Below, piece by piece: positions 11,983 through 26,900 of a DNA stretch of 64,000 nt. The notes below the pieces were generated by a model. It saw nothing but the letters and a program-made list of their open reading frames with translations, was not told the DNA's origin and did no database searches. A program made the translations under genes and the position numbers. Source of the DNA: Octopus vulgaris (lineage: Eukaryota); contig OX597822.1 of the NCBI GenBank assembly GCA_951406725.2, positions 87,792,001 through 87,856,000 on the forward strand, read 5' to 3'. How positions within the stretch are numbered: position 1 is the first letter of the stretch; every line of letters begins with the position of its first letter.

Positions 11983-14900
11983 CTGTCAGAAGATAGAAGA
12001 TAAAAAAGTAAGCAAAAATAATGTGTTTTAAAAGCAGAAAAACATAACAGTATAAAAAAAAATTAACAATAATCCTTCCTGCTATAGGCACAAGGCCTGA
12101 AATTTTAAGGGATGGGGTTAGTCAATTACATTGACCCCAGTGTGCAACTGGTATTTATTTCATTGATCCTGAAAAGATGAAAGACAAAGTCAACCTCAGT
12201 GGTTGCCTCAGCTCACCACCACCATTCTTAGAGGACCTACAAAGGATATGGGCCCTAAACCTTCTTCTAGACTTACTAAGTAAAATTAAAAAACAAAGGC
12301 AGAGATGATAAATGGAGGGAAGGCAGATAGTGTATCAGGTAGGAGGGGTGAAGGGACTGTGGACTTTGCTAGAGTAGAGGCCACTATAATGAGCTGGCAG
12401 AATCATTAGCATGCCAGGCAAAATGTTTAGCAGCATTTTGTCCATTTTTACATTCCACTGAGGTTGACTTTACCTTTCATCCTTTCAGGGTTGATAAAAT
12501 AAGTACCACTTGAGGGCTGAGGTCAATGTAATCAGCTTATCCCTTCTCTCAAAATCGTTGGCCTTGTGCCACAATTTGAAATCAATAATAACAGAAAACA
12601 TTAAGAAGAGAAAACAACAGCAAACATGACACAGTTCCAGAATCAAGAAAGTGAAACGCAACACGAGAGTGTGGACAGAGTTGGATATCAGCGACCTCTC
12701 AATTAGCAGCAGGTAACAGCATGAGTTTTCAGCCACCCACCATCCATCTATTTAAAGTTATATATATTGCTATGGTACATTCACACCTACAGTTTGCATC
12801 TAGTCTGGAATCCTCATCATATCCAGAATATCAGTCTCCTGGGAGCTTTCAAGATAGGTGCAATTAGATGAATATCCTCAATTAGTCACTTAACACATCT
12901 TGAACATGTTGCTACTCTAGACATTGCTACATTAAAGTTTTGACATCTTTGTAGCTCACAAGATTATCTATCATCTTTATAACAACTTTGGCCACCCCAC
13001 ACTTACTGAATACTTGTTTCTCAGTTTAACCAGATGAAAGTGTTAATTCACAGTCAAATGGTTAATAAACATTTAGAGTGGTTACTGTCCATTATATTTC
13101 TAAATTAGAGGACAGTGAGTCTTCTGGATTACTACAAGGACACCTCTGGAAACATCCTCCACATGTAGTGTAATCCCTAGATTATACTTCATGTACTACT
13201 ACAGGTAGATTTGTCTACCTATGCATGTGAAGATTGGATCAGGCAGATATTGTGGAAGAAACCTTCATGATTCTACAGAGGGAAGGCACTACAGCAATGC
13301 ATTGTGGAGTACAGAGGGTAAGATGAGGCAAGTAAGACATCTTGGTCATCTACTGCATTCGTCTACATCCCCAATTGTCTTGACATGGTCTTGCCACTGG
13401 ATTGAAGATGGTCACAGCCAAGAGAGGGAAGTTAACAGTGCATAACCCTGCACTTTAAACACAGTCGCTGCACAAGTCATTTAACATCATTACTGGAATA
13501 ACAATGAAATTTAATTTCACAGTTAAAAGGTTGACAACATCACCCAACACCAAACTATTCCACATGCTCTAATGAGTAAAGTCTAAACAGTTTGTGAACA
13601 TTGACTTCAAGAACTCACAGTTGCTTCACAAGAAGTTCAAAAACTCACCAAAGCCATAAGATTTGTTTGCAGTAGTCTGCTTGGCAGCATCTTTTGCAGC
13701 TTCTTCACCAATTAAATGTTTGTATTTGTCTTTATAGTTGTGGGTAGGGTTGGAAACAGTTTTAGATTTTGAAGATTCAGCTTCCAGCTGCAACTCAGCT
13801 TCCTGAAACAGTAAAATAAAACCATTACATATTGAAATGTAGTACTGGTAAACAACTGGGGAGATGGGGGTATTCTATGTTATCACCAATGCCCTTCCAT
13901 AATTTGTAACCTATGTCTCTATAAGAAAAATTGTTTTCCAGTATTTCTTCAGGTCTGACTCTTTATGTTCTGTGTTCAAATCCTGCTGGAGTCAACTTTG
14001 CTTTTCATATTTCCAGTCTCAATGATATTGAATCCCTCAAAAGTGTTGGCCTTAGCATGTTGGGCAAAATGCTTAGTGGCATTTTCCCAGCTTTTTACAT
14101 TCAGAGTTCAAATTCTGTTGAGGTCAACTTTGCTTTCGCACTGGGTCAATATATTCAACTAACCCCATCACCAAACATTTCAGGTCTTGTGCTTATAGTA
14201 GAAAATAATTATTAGTATTAAGGCAGTATGCTGGCAGAATCATTAGCATGTTGGAGAAAATATTTAGCAGCTTTTCCTTTGGCTCTACATTCTGAGTTCA
14301 AATCCAACTAAGGTCAACTTTGTCTTTCATCTTTTAGGGGTCAATAAAGTAAAGAACCAGTCAACTACTGAGATAGATGGAAACAACTTGCTCCATCTTC
14401 TTAAAAATTGCAAACCTTGTACCAAAATTTAGAAGCATTACAAAGGCAAGAAGCTGGCAGAATTATTACCATGTTGGATAAAATGCTCTTTTTTTTCAGC
14501 TCTTTATGTTCTGAGTAAAAATTCTTCTAAACTCAACTTTGCCTTTCATCTATTTGGAGGTTAATAAAATAAAGTACCAGTCAAGTACTGGGTTCAATGT
14601 AATCCTAGCAACTTTTCCCAAAATTTCAGACCTTGTAGTTATGTTAAAAAAAAAATTATTATTAGGGTGGTAAGGTAGCAGAATCATTAGAGCATTAGAG
14701 AAAAGTCCTTGAGGTTGTTTACATTCTAAGTTCAAACCCCAACAAAGTCAACTTTATCTTTTATCCCTTTGAAGTTGATAAAACAAAGCACTGGTCAAGT
14801 ACAGAAGTCAGAATGTGTGTCATTAGCCAGCTGGAGGAAATGTCTTCCTGGGGCTATAAACGTCAGTAGCACTGTCCTGTACAAGATGCCACACTTGGTT

Positions 14901-17900
14901 GGCAATTATATGTTACGATTCCATACTGCTACTGTTATAGTTTTAGGAGGATTTTTACAAAAAGGCAAACTGTTTAAATGAATAAGGCTGCTGACCTTTT
15001 GTTTAGCAATCTCTTTAGCCTTTTCAGGATCCCATTCTTCGCCCCTTCGGTAAGCTAGAACTTCTTCATCAGATGGAGTAAATTCCTAGATTTTGCATAA
15101 AACCAGATAAAAATAGTAACAAAAAATATCAATATTGAAACATAACAACAGTCAATAGATAAGCAATATTAAAGTAGTGAACACACAAAATGTGGGGGGC
15201 ATTTCTGAGGAACCTAAAATGAGAGAGAGAGACTTTGGTAACACTACATTGTCCAGTCTCTTATCAGTGTTAAATCTGAACAACAAAGAAGTACTGTCAT
15301 ATTCTAAGCCTAGAAATGACTGAATTTTGCATTCAATCTAACACCCAGAAAATACTTATTCATAAGCAAACAAAGGTTTCTTAAATTCTGCAATTTTCAT
15401 TGGTTGGTGGAGAGGCCATGTTGTCAGCTAAGAGGATTAGTAACAACTGTAGAAGTAGTGGAAAGAGCGGAGACAACATATTTATGGGTTTCAGGTTTTG
15501 ATGAGTGACTTCCTACCAATCAGTCATGGAGTGGCTGTGTGGTAAGTAGCTTGTTTACCAACCACATGGTTCCAGGTTCAGTCCCACTGCGTGGCACCTT
15601 GGGCAAGTATCTTCTACTATAGCCTCGGGCCGACCAAAGCCTTGTGAGTGGATTTGGTAGACAGAAACTGAAAGAAGCCTGTCGTATATATGTATATATA
15701 TATGTATGTGTGTCTGTGTTTGTCCCCCTAGCATTGCTTGACAACTGATGCTGGTGTGTTTATGTCCCCGTCACTTAGCGGTTCGGCAAAAGAGACCGAT
15801 AGAATAAGTACTGGGCTTACAAAGAATAAGTCCCGGGGTCGAGTTGCTCGATTAAAGGCGGTGCTCCAGCATGGCGGCAGTCAAATGACTGAAACAAGTA
15901 AATGAGTAAAAGAGTATGATTGTTCTGTGGCTGCAGTCCAAGATGTCAGAATGTGTGGCAGCTGCACTGCCTCAGGTGTGGGTAAAGGCCCATATTGTGG
16001 GTTCCTTTTGATCTTTCTAATGAGTTAGTTGTTGGGTTGGAACGGACACGATATTCTATGGCTCTGAAGAGTAAGAGTAATAGGAGTAAGGTCAGTGTTT
16101 GTGTTGAGAATATACTTTGTTAAGAGACATCTTAATGGTGTAGTTAATGTTGAGGGACCTTGTTGCATACCATTAATGTAAGGGGTGGGGTTCTTCAAAC
16201 GTATAACAATTCTGTCTTTCTGCTATTGAAGGAGACAAAATTGGCATGATCACACTAATGGATGTTTTTGAACTCCCTCTTTATAAAGTCAGTGTGGGTT
16301 TCGTGTGAGAAGTCTGAATTGTATATGGGAGAATGAAGGGTGCCATTATCTGTATAGGAGTGGGTGTTATTGGATGCAATGATAAGTAGGTTGCTGAAGT
16401 AGAGGAGTGTGGGTGAGGTGGACATAAAAACAAAGCCCTGGAACATACCAGAGTTGACAGGGATGTGAGTCAGAGAGAACACCATTAGCACACACCTTGA
16501 CGATACAATATGATTCTAAATCACCAATCCCAAAAATGAACAGATGGAGCCTGTTATCAGACAGTTTTGCCAGGGGGTTTTGCATTCTAGACACAGTCAA
16601 AGTCTTGCTAATGTTTTCACCAAATTTTTCTAAGACAAGAACCCATGTGAGTGAAACAGGAGAGTAGGAGAATAAAATGGTTTTATGAAAGGCGACTTTA
16701 ATAAATCAGGTCCAGTGAAGAGTACCGTAAATCTTCAAGTATAATCCACATTTTTTCCCCAAAATTTAAAGGTCAAAATCCCTAGCGCATACTATATACG
16801 AGGTTAAAGATGAAAACTATTTTCTAAGCCATGTCCGAGTCTCTATTTGCTGTCCGGTAATGTTTATTCAGACACATTTTGTGATGTCGGGCACAAAAAT
16901 ACTTTAAACTAAGCCTGAAAGCCATGAAATCATAAAAAATCATCCATAACTTGCAGTAAGCAACATTTATTAAACGTTATTACTGTTATTTCTTTATTTT
17001 CTGCAAATAAAATGCACAAAAAAGCTACACATTTGCATTGTTATATATATACAATAATAATAAAGGATGTTGCTGTATACATTTTTACAAACCAAGAACG
17101 TTATATAGACCTCCTTGACTCAAGATAGAGATGGGGGTGCGTATTATACACAAGGTTTAGATTTTCCAGAGGTACAGCCCCCTAAACATCCCCTGTGTAT
17201 TATACTCGAGAATTTACAGTAGGTCTTCAGTTTATGAAAGCCATTTTATGTATCAATTAAAGAGGGAGAGAGATTCGAAGCATTGGAGGAGATTGTTGTT
17301 AATGGCTGTCTCCATCAACCATTGAGATGTTGGGAGTGTGATAGGATGACAGTTGACAGGGTCAGAGGGGCAGCTTAATGGTCATTCCTTAATCTTATGA
17401 GAGGAAAATGCCGAAATTGAAAGCTTGGCTAAGCTCTAAGGATTCTTTACATTTGAACAACATTATTGCATACAGACAATTATATTTGCTGGTTGCTACA
17501 GAATTACTAACATTTTAATAATTAATAAATATTCAATAATATCGTTTCTTTTATATCAGACACAATCCTTAAAGTAGCCAATAAATAATTTTTCCTGGAT
17601 AACGAAAGTGTAGGCATTAGAGACATCTGTTACCTTTTTCCATAACATAACATATCTGTCTTGTTCCTCTAGACCAAATGAAAATGATGTAAGCCCTGCA
17701 ACGTCAGCTACTTCATGGCTGCAATACAAACATAGGAAATATTTGTCTCATATTTAAAATATTTCATGTTACAATAAATTTTTAAATAATTAAAAACACA
17801 AAGCAATTATATCATTAGTATCCATCCACATTAACATCCTTGCTGATGCTGAAAGGATCTGACAGCATCTTCCCTTTGATTGTTGCAGTGTTTTGTCATC

Positions 17901-20900
17901 TCTCATCACACAACTATAGACCAAATGACCAGTTGTTGCAGCTGTTGCTAATGCCATTGTTTGGTACAGTTTTTAAAACTAGAAGGCTTCATAACACTGT
18001 CACCAGTATGAACTGGGCATATTTTATTGTACCACCAGCATTAAAGAAGTTGCCTGCAGCAACATTGAGCAGTCTTTTCTATTTTCAATCAGTTTTACTT
18101 CATAACAACTGGTCTGCTTTTCTTATCACACAAAAGTATCTTATTTTGAAATTTTCACATTTAAATTCAAACATTCAAGCACAATTTTAAACAAGAACGG
18201 TTTCTTAAGTTATGTTCCAAACATCATTTTTACAGTTAAAACATTAGTTATGTCATTAAAACACTCAAAAAGTCTTGATTATCTTCAAAATTAATTAAGA
18301 ACTAATAAATAGTGTAGTTCAGTAGAAATATGATTCTGAAACAGTTAATGAATAAAGAAGAGCACAATACATACATAATGGCACGGAATACTTTGTCCAT
18401 TGGTTCCCATTTGTATTTCTGTTTATTACTGTCTGTTACAAATGCATGGATTCTCTTTTCAGTCTGTAAAAATGACAGAAATTTATTTTAAAACTGTTGA
18501 AATGTTTGAGATGAATTGCTGTAAAAAAGACAGTAACATTTCTTCCTGACTACTAACTCTGATCTTTATATTATACAGTATCATAGCTAAATTAATATTA
18601 TACAATATCACAGCTACATTAATATTATACAGTATCATAGCTAAATTAATATTATACAATATCATAGCTAAATTAATATTATACAATAATATAGCTACAT
18701 TAATATTATACAATATTATAGCTACATTAATATTATACAATATCATAGCGATATTAATATCATATATTTTATTATAGCTACATTAATATTATACAATATC
18801 ATAGCTAAATTAATATTATACAACTAGCACTATGACCCAGCAACGCGAGTACTGTCCAAATCTCTGACCAATCACATACAGCTAGCTGGCATTCAATTGG
18901 CGTATCAAGTTTCGGGCATTTTGATTGGGTTTTGGATAGAAAATTCACAAAAAAGTCACTTCTATTGATTTTTTAATGGCTTTGCGGTGTGACTGGGGAA
19001 ATATAAAGATGTGCACGACCACCCTTAGATGGTTTTGAATAACCAAAGAAAGTGTGAGCTCTCTAACTGAAAAATTGTGGATTTGTATAAAGGATACATG
19101 CACACACACACACACACACAGACATTTTTCCGTTTATATATATAGAAATATTACAGCTACATTAATATTAAATATTTTATTATAGCTACATTATAGACTA
19201 TATTAGTGAAGGCACATGGCTTAGTGGTTAGGGTATTCAAATTGCGATATTAAGATGGTGAGTTTGATTCCTGGTAGTGCACTGTTTTCTTGAGTAAATC
19301 ACTTTATTTCATTTTGCTGAAGTCCATTCAGCTGGCAAAGATGAGGAGTACCTGTATTTCAAAGGGCCAACCTTGTCACATTCTGTGTCATGCTGAATCT
19401 CCCTGAGAACACATTAATTTTATGAATAGGCTGTTGTGTTGATCAGATTAACTGGAATCCTTGTCGTCATAACCGGTGGAGTGCCAGTTAGTTACATTAC
19501 ATTAGTTTTGTGTACAAGTGTCATAAGGTGTCTTATTCCAAGATATGTATATAATTCCTCAGTGGACTTGGACTAGAACCATCAGTCCTAAACAAAGGAT
19601 AGTAATGTCCTTATCTGCTAAAGCATGCATTTTCGAAAATTATAATCATACTTCAAAATAACCAAATCTCCAGGCCCTAATCAGCCCTACAGTGTGTACC
19701 AGATACACAATAGGAACCTTAGCCAAGTCATTCATTTATCAAAATAGTTTATAATATTACCATGAGGTAAAAAAAAAATGGTTGGGAACCCCTGCGCTAC
19801 AATGTAAAAGTTTATAAGAATACTAGAGATGGATGTATGGTGGTGATGAAATAGCGAATATATTGTACATGTAAGTGCTAATGAAGGCCCTGGCTTTAAT
19901 GAGCTTTTCTACAAGTAATCACACAAAAATTAACAAATAGAAATAATGAGAAGTTCTGCTTGATGACAATTAGATTTTTATATTAAAATCTGTTGAGAAA
20001 CTGCAGAAGTTCAAATTTAGAAAAGTCAGTCTTCTCTGAGACAAAAGATTTGAATCATCATTATGTCTCATCTTCTACTATGTAACAAGGGACACAAAAG
20101 TGCAATAACAGCTGAAAACTGACCTTGTTTAATATGTGAGAAGGAAATTGGCTGGAACTGAAGAATATGCAAACAGTGAAAATAGTGTCTAAATAAAGAT
20201 TATCATAGGTTCTCTGACAGATTAACGACTTTAAAATATAACAGATGCACAGGAATAATTTACAGTATGAGAAATCTCAAAGTAGAGGGTTTCTCAGAAA
20301 GTAACAAATTTTTCGCCTAGATGACATAGTTGAACTATGGAACTAGTAATAACTTACTATTTAAGGCTTGAAATGTTTAGAAGCAGTTCGGAGAATTCCT
20401 ATCTCTATTGATAACAAATTAACTTTTCTATCTTTGCATGAAAGACAAATTGTAGAGTATTGTGTGAACTATATGTGAAGCTGCATGGCAGTGAAATACA
20501 GTGAATGCAGAAATTTTTAATTTGGTAAGAATAAATTGATTATGGTCTGTTTCATCAACACCATCTTGCGGTCGTGCTTATTGCACGGATCACCATGACT
20601 TGTTCTCACTAGTCAGTTCGGTCTGCCATTGCACATAGAACGGTTTCTCAGGTGCATTTGGAGTCCTTGAACATTTACTTTATATGGATTCAATGTGGTC
20701 TACCAGCACTTGTGTACTGAAGGTTCAGTTCTCAGAGGAGAATGTTGCAGATCATCTTACTCTTTTCTCTCTAGCAATTCCAGCAAATCTTGTTCTTTCT
20801 CTGATGATGTGTGATATTGATAGTAAATTACATAGAGAAGTTCTTTCATAGTGCATTGCTTTCAGATGTCCAAGGCAGCTCAAAGCATTCTTGTCTAAGT

Positions 20901-23900
20901 TCCATCAATGTTCTTTCCAAGACATTTTATTGGAGTCCATATTGTACATCCATATGACAAAACGGATGGTCTATTTAATACTACTCAACTTCTAAAAAAG
21001 CAGTTGGGGCTTATATGTATTGGTCAATGTTTGCAGGAGAGATGACTGGTACTGATCAACAACAGAAACAGAAGAGACATTCTAGATGAAAAAGTGCTGT
21101 AAGTTGGTGACAGAAAGTATCACTAGAAATGGTAAACCAAGGAAGACTTGGGAAGTAATTAGGTCAGATTTATCTAAGAACATTGGATCTGGTTAGATAA
21201 AGAATCTCTCAATAAAATAAAATTAAATTAAATTAAATAAAACAAATGCTACTTAATATTTCTAAAATAATTAATTTTTGTATTTTCTCCCTAAAATGTA
21301 TTTTAGGGAGAAAATAAATTTTGTATTTTCTCTCTAAAATGGTTTTTGTTTCATTTAATGTTTTATCAAAATTAGGATGATAGGTGTTGTCTATGAAATA
21401 AAGGTATAGATTCCACACCAGCGTGATAGAAGAATGCAGATCCATCCAACTTATGCTGAGAGAAAACAATGGTGAAGATTATATCAGTGCTATGGTTCTA
21501 ATGTTGTGAAGATTGCTGAAAAGACAAACTTAAGGTATTCATGAAGGAAAAGTAAATATCTGTGGAATAAAATAAGATTGTTTCTTGAACTATTTCTTTT
21601 ATATTTTGCTTATTTCAGTCACAGGACTGTGGCCATACTGGGGTACCACCTTGAAGGGTTTACTCAAACAAATCAACCTCAGTAATTATTTTTTAAGCCT
21701 AATACTTATTCTATCAGTCACTTTTACTGAACCACTAAGTTACTGTTGCACAGGGGACTTAACCTAAGACAACATGGTTGGGAAGAAAGCTCTTAACTAC
21801 ACAGTTACACCTGCACCTCATTATAAAGATTTTAATTACAGGTAATACGAGTTAAATGAGTGGGCTGATAAAATAGTAAAGTACAATCCCATGAAATTTT
21901 AATTCAAACCTGTTACAGGTATTCTACTTCATACTCAGGTAGATCAATTAATTCATTGTGTCATTGCATCCCAAATTGTCTTCAGATGTGAGAAAGAGTC
22001 AGTAGGAATAGATATTAATAAATCATCTCTCTGAAACAATAAACTATTTATTACACTAGTACATTATATGAATAAATATTTATCTAATATTTATATTATA
22101 ACTAACCTACTTAATGTTGAACGTCAAGTGGTTTATTATCAACAGATTGCAATGATAACAGAGACTGTGTCTTGTACAATGCAACATGGTAAGAGCAACG
22201 TTAGGGAAGTAGGATTTCTTGGAAAGACAGTTACACAGTTAAAGTGGAACAAACAGTGGTTTCTAGTGCTTTAGCCATCATTGATTGCTTGTGAGAGGTC
22301 ATATTAAATAAAAATATGACGATAAACAAAAACTGAATAAAGAACTTTTAGCAGTAATGGCAATTACCAATGACAATGGGAACTAAATGTTCTGAACAGC
22401 AGAATAAACATCATTTATTTTAAACAGTCTATCATCATCATCGTTTAACGTCCGTTCTCCATGCTAGCATGGGTTGGACGGTTCGACCGGGGATCTGGGA
22501 AGCCAGAAGGCTGCACCAGGCTCCAGTCTTATCTGGCAGTGTTTCTACAGCTGGATGCCCTTCCTAACACCAACCACTCCATGAGTGTAGTGGGTGCTTT
22601 TTACGTGCCACCTGCACAGCCTATATATAAACTAAACTGCTTATATATAAAGTAGAAAACATAGAAAAGATAGCAGCAGTGCAGTGTACAAGTAGCACAT
22701 TGTTCATCCATTCATTTTATACGTGTTCTTCTAAGCTAGCATAGAATACCCTTCCTATCACTAATGTCTTCAAAGGTGCAAAGCCAGTGGATGGGAGAAA
22801 TGACAGCAATGTCACTGCTTGTAACTGAGAGATTATCAGAGAAACACAAATGTAAACAAACATACAGATACATACACCCATCATGGTCATCATCAATTGG
22901 CATTTTCTATGCTGATATGGACTGAACAGTTTAACAGTATCCAGCAAGTCACAGGGCTGTGATGTGCCACAATGTCACGTATATAACAAGTAAAAGAATA
23001 GCAGTATTGGTATCACATTCATTCCTTGGTTACAACTGTTTCAACATATGGGTTTACCCTTTCGCATTTACATTGGCTATACCTGACCCATATATTCTAT
23101 TTGTTTTATGCTCAAACCAACTAGAACCTGCCTCTCACACTTACCCTCCAATGTCATTCTAAAAATTAACAATCACATCACTGAAATCTCAAAGCTACAT
23201 GATAAAACACATTTAATTTAAAACAATGTGAATAAGCATTACATTTGACAGGGTAACCTGAATGCTAAAGGATTAAATAAATCATTTAACAAGTTGGAAA
23301 ACATGAATATGAGCAAAGATTATATAACAGTGATGATATAATATTGATTATATATTGTAAAATCCATAGACATTTCATCATGACCTAACGGATATATCAG
23401 TATTATTTATTCATAAGAACATGATGAAATGGCAATAAATTTTACATTATATAATCGATGTAACATAACTATTGTTCATATTCATGTTTTCTAACTTGTT
23501 ACATGAGTTATTTAATCCATATGTTGTTGAAACAGCTGTAACCAAGGAATACATGTCATACCAGTACCTCTTTTCTTTAGCTTGTTATTTCATACTCTGT
23601 GACTGAAGAAAACCTCCTGGACTTTCAGTCTGTGTGAAACACAAACTTCTACTGAAGCATTGTTCTATTCTATACATTCTGTGAGTTAGTATTCGCAACC
23701 ATGCAGACTGAGGTAACTGCCTGGATTCCTTGATCCCCCTTTCATTTATTTTATGCATATATGTATTGAGTTCAGTCCTACTGCATGGCACCTTGGGAAA
23801 GTGTCTTCTACTATAGTGTCAGGCCAACCAAAGCCTTGTGAGTGGATTTGATAAATGGAAACTGAAAGAAGCCTGTCATATATATTGGGTCATCCCATAA

Positions 23901-26900
23901 ATAATGTGGTTTTTTATACTTCTTTTATTTCTCAAAATTAAGATAAACAAAGTTCTTTTTTAATCTAAAATATACTCTCCTTCATTTTCTACAATGCTCT
24001 TCTATCTATCTGGTAGATTTGCAAGGCCCTTCTTCCAAAATTCACTTGTCCATGATGAAAAATACTCCTCCAGTACTGTTCTGACCTTGTCTACAGAATC
24101 CATAATTTTTCTGTCCAAATGATTTTGAAGACTGTGGAATAAATAATAATCAGATGGGGCATTGTTTCCCATTCAAGTTGTTCCAGCCTTTGGAATGTCA
24201 TCCTTGCATTATCCTGATAGAAGAACACTTTTTGTCTTGAAACCAAAGATTGTCATTTTCCTTCTAGTGCTGACTTAAGCCACTCAAGCTGCTCGCAGTA
24301 GATCTCCTTTGTTATTGTTTGGTTTGGGTGTTTAAAAGTTCAAAGTAGACTAAACATTTCATATCCCACCAAACAGATAATAACACCTTACATGGGTGAA
24401 GACCTTCTTTAGCTTGGGGTGCCAGTGTTCCTCCTTTTGCTACTCACTGTCTTCGGTGCTTGACATTTTTATAGAGAATCCAATTCTTGTCACTAGTCAG
24501 TATTCGGTCCAAAAAAGGTTCATTCGTGAGATGTGACAGCAAAGAAGTGAACACATTCACTCGCTGCATATGATTAGACTCAGAAAATTTGTGAAGAACC
24601 CATTGACCCAATTTGCTGACTTTTCCAATGGCATGCAGGTGTCAATGAATGGTTGAATGACCAAATCCAAACTTCTCTGCTAGTCCCTCAACAGTTATAA
24701 TGGGATTTTGTTCCACCAGGGTTTGCAGGACATCCTCAAGCTCTACAGATCCTCCAGGATGAGGTTCGTCGTCTTCTAGGCTGTAGTTTCCAGCATAGAA
24801 TTTCTGGAAGCAACGTTGACACTGGCTTATGCTTATTGTCCGATTCCCATATACTGCATTAATATTCCTCACACTGTCTGTTGCAGTGTTATCTTTATTG
24901 AACTAATAAAGCAAAATATATTGAATATGCTGCTTTGTCACTTCCATTACAGCTTTGAAAAAATAACTGTTAAAATCGAATTGCACTCTTCAAAACTTGC
25001 ACTAAGAATAGATACAAGGTAAAATTACTACCTGCTTTTATAGCAAGTTGATGCAGGTAGTTTAACCCATCCTACTCTGACTTTTAGTCCATGCAATTGA
25101 AAAAAACTGCATTATTTATGGAATAACCCAATATGTGTGTGTGTCTTTGTGTCCATGTTTGTTCCCCCATCACCGCTTGACAACCAGTGCTGGTGTGTCT
25201 ATGTCCCTTGCAACTTAGCAGTTTGGCAAAAGAGACTGATAGGATAAGCACTAGGCTTACAAAGAATAAGTCTTGGAGACTAAAAACCCTTCAAGGCAGT
25301 GCTCCCACATGGCTGCAGTGAAATGACTGAAACAAGTAAAAGAATAAAATCATCATCATCCTTTAACATCTGTTGTCCAGTCCAGCATGGGTTGGATGGT
25401 TTGACCAGAGTAAACTGAGGGGCTGCACCAGACTCCAGTCTGATTTGGCACAGTTTCTATAGCTGGATACCCTTCCTATCACCAGTCACTCTGAGAAATG
25501 GGTGCTTTTATGTGCCACCGGCACAGGTGCCAGTTGCACGACACCAATATCTGCCATCACTATTATTTCACTTGGCTTGATGGGTTTTCCACTCATGCAC
25601 GGCATATTGCTGAAGGTCATTTGTCATTGCCTCCATGAGGCCCAACGATCAAAAAGTGTTTTTGTGCCACCAGCACAGGTGCTAGTTATGCAACATAAGC
25701 ATGGGTGCTAGTTATGTGACACTGGCACAAGTGCTAGTTACATGACACCAGCACAGGTGCTAGTTATGCAACACTGGCATTGGCCATATTGCCTCTGTGA
25801 GGCCCAATGCTAGATAGGTGCTTTTTACATGCCAGTTACATGACATCAGCATTGGCCATGACTATGATTTCACTTGGTTTGATGGGTCTTCTCAAGCACA
25901 GCATATTGCCAAAAGTCTTGGTCACTAGTCACTGCTTCCATGAGACTCAACATTTGAAGACCATGCTTCACCATCTTATCCCATGTTTTCTCAAGTCTAC
26001 TCCTTCCACAGGTTCCCTCCACAGTTACAGATCGGTACTTCTTTACACAGGTGTTCTCATCCATACACATGACATGACCATACCAGTGCAGTTGTCTCTC
26101 TTGCAAACCACATCTAATGCCTTTTATGCCCAACTTTTCTCTCGAAATGCTTATACTCTGTCAAACATGCACACTGACATTGCACATCCAGCAAAGCATG
26201 CTAGCTTCATTTCTTTCATGCCTACGTGTCCTTGGTAGTGACAGCCCATGTTTCATTGCTGTGTAGTATAGCTGTTCACATGCAGGCATCATACAATCTG
26301 CCTTTTACTCTGAGGAAAAGGCTCTTTGTTGCCAACAGAGGTAGGAGCTCTCTGAACTTTGCCCAGCCTATTCTTATTCTCACAGCTATGGTCTCAGAGC
26401 AACTATATCTGCTACTGACTTGATCAGCTAGATAATGGAAGCAATCAACTACCTCTAGCTTACCCAACTGGCATTTGTCTATTGGAGTCTATTTTCTGTG
26501 CATTAGTGTTTATTGTACCTGTGCACCTTCCACACTCAAAAACTATTTTCCCAGTGTTAACCTTCCTCTGATATTGCTGCACCTCCTATGTGTCCATAGC
26601 CTGCACTGGGTACATTGTATGGAATTTCTAACAGATCGAGCAGGGCCATCTACCTGAGAGCATTTGTGGTTTGTCTGCTTTCCTACTCACTAAGACTTTG
26701 ATTTTTGGTAGGTTAACTCTAAGGCCCTTTGATTCTAGACCTTACTTCTAAATCTGAAATTTCTTCTCTAGTTCTGGTAGTGATTCAGCTATAAGAACAA
26801 GGTCATTAGTACAGAGGAGCTCCCAGGGACAGCCTGTCTTAAATTCCTCTGTTGTTGCCTGGAGGACTATGATGAACAGAAGGGGGCTGGACCCTTACTT

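Noticed and set aside
12880-12960. NVAMSRV motif (minus strand) resembling helicase motif VI
   Set aside because: Isolated 7-aa match with stops nearby and no other helicase motifs
18565-18822. CRISPR-like periodic repeat
   Set aside because: Contiguous tandem units without unique spacers, eukaryotic context, no cas genes
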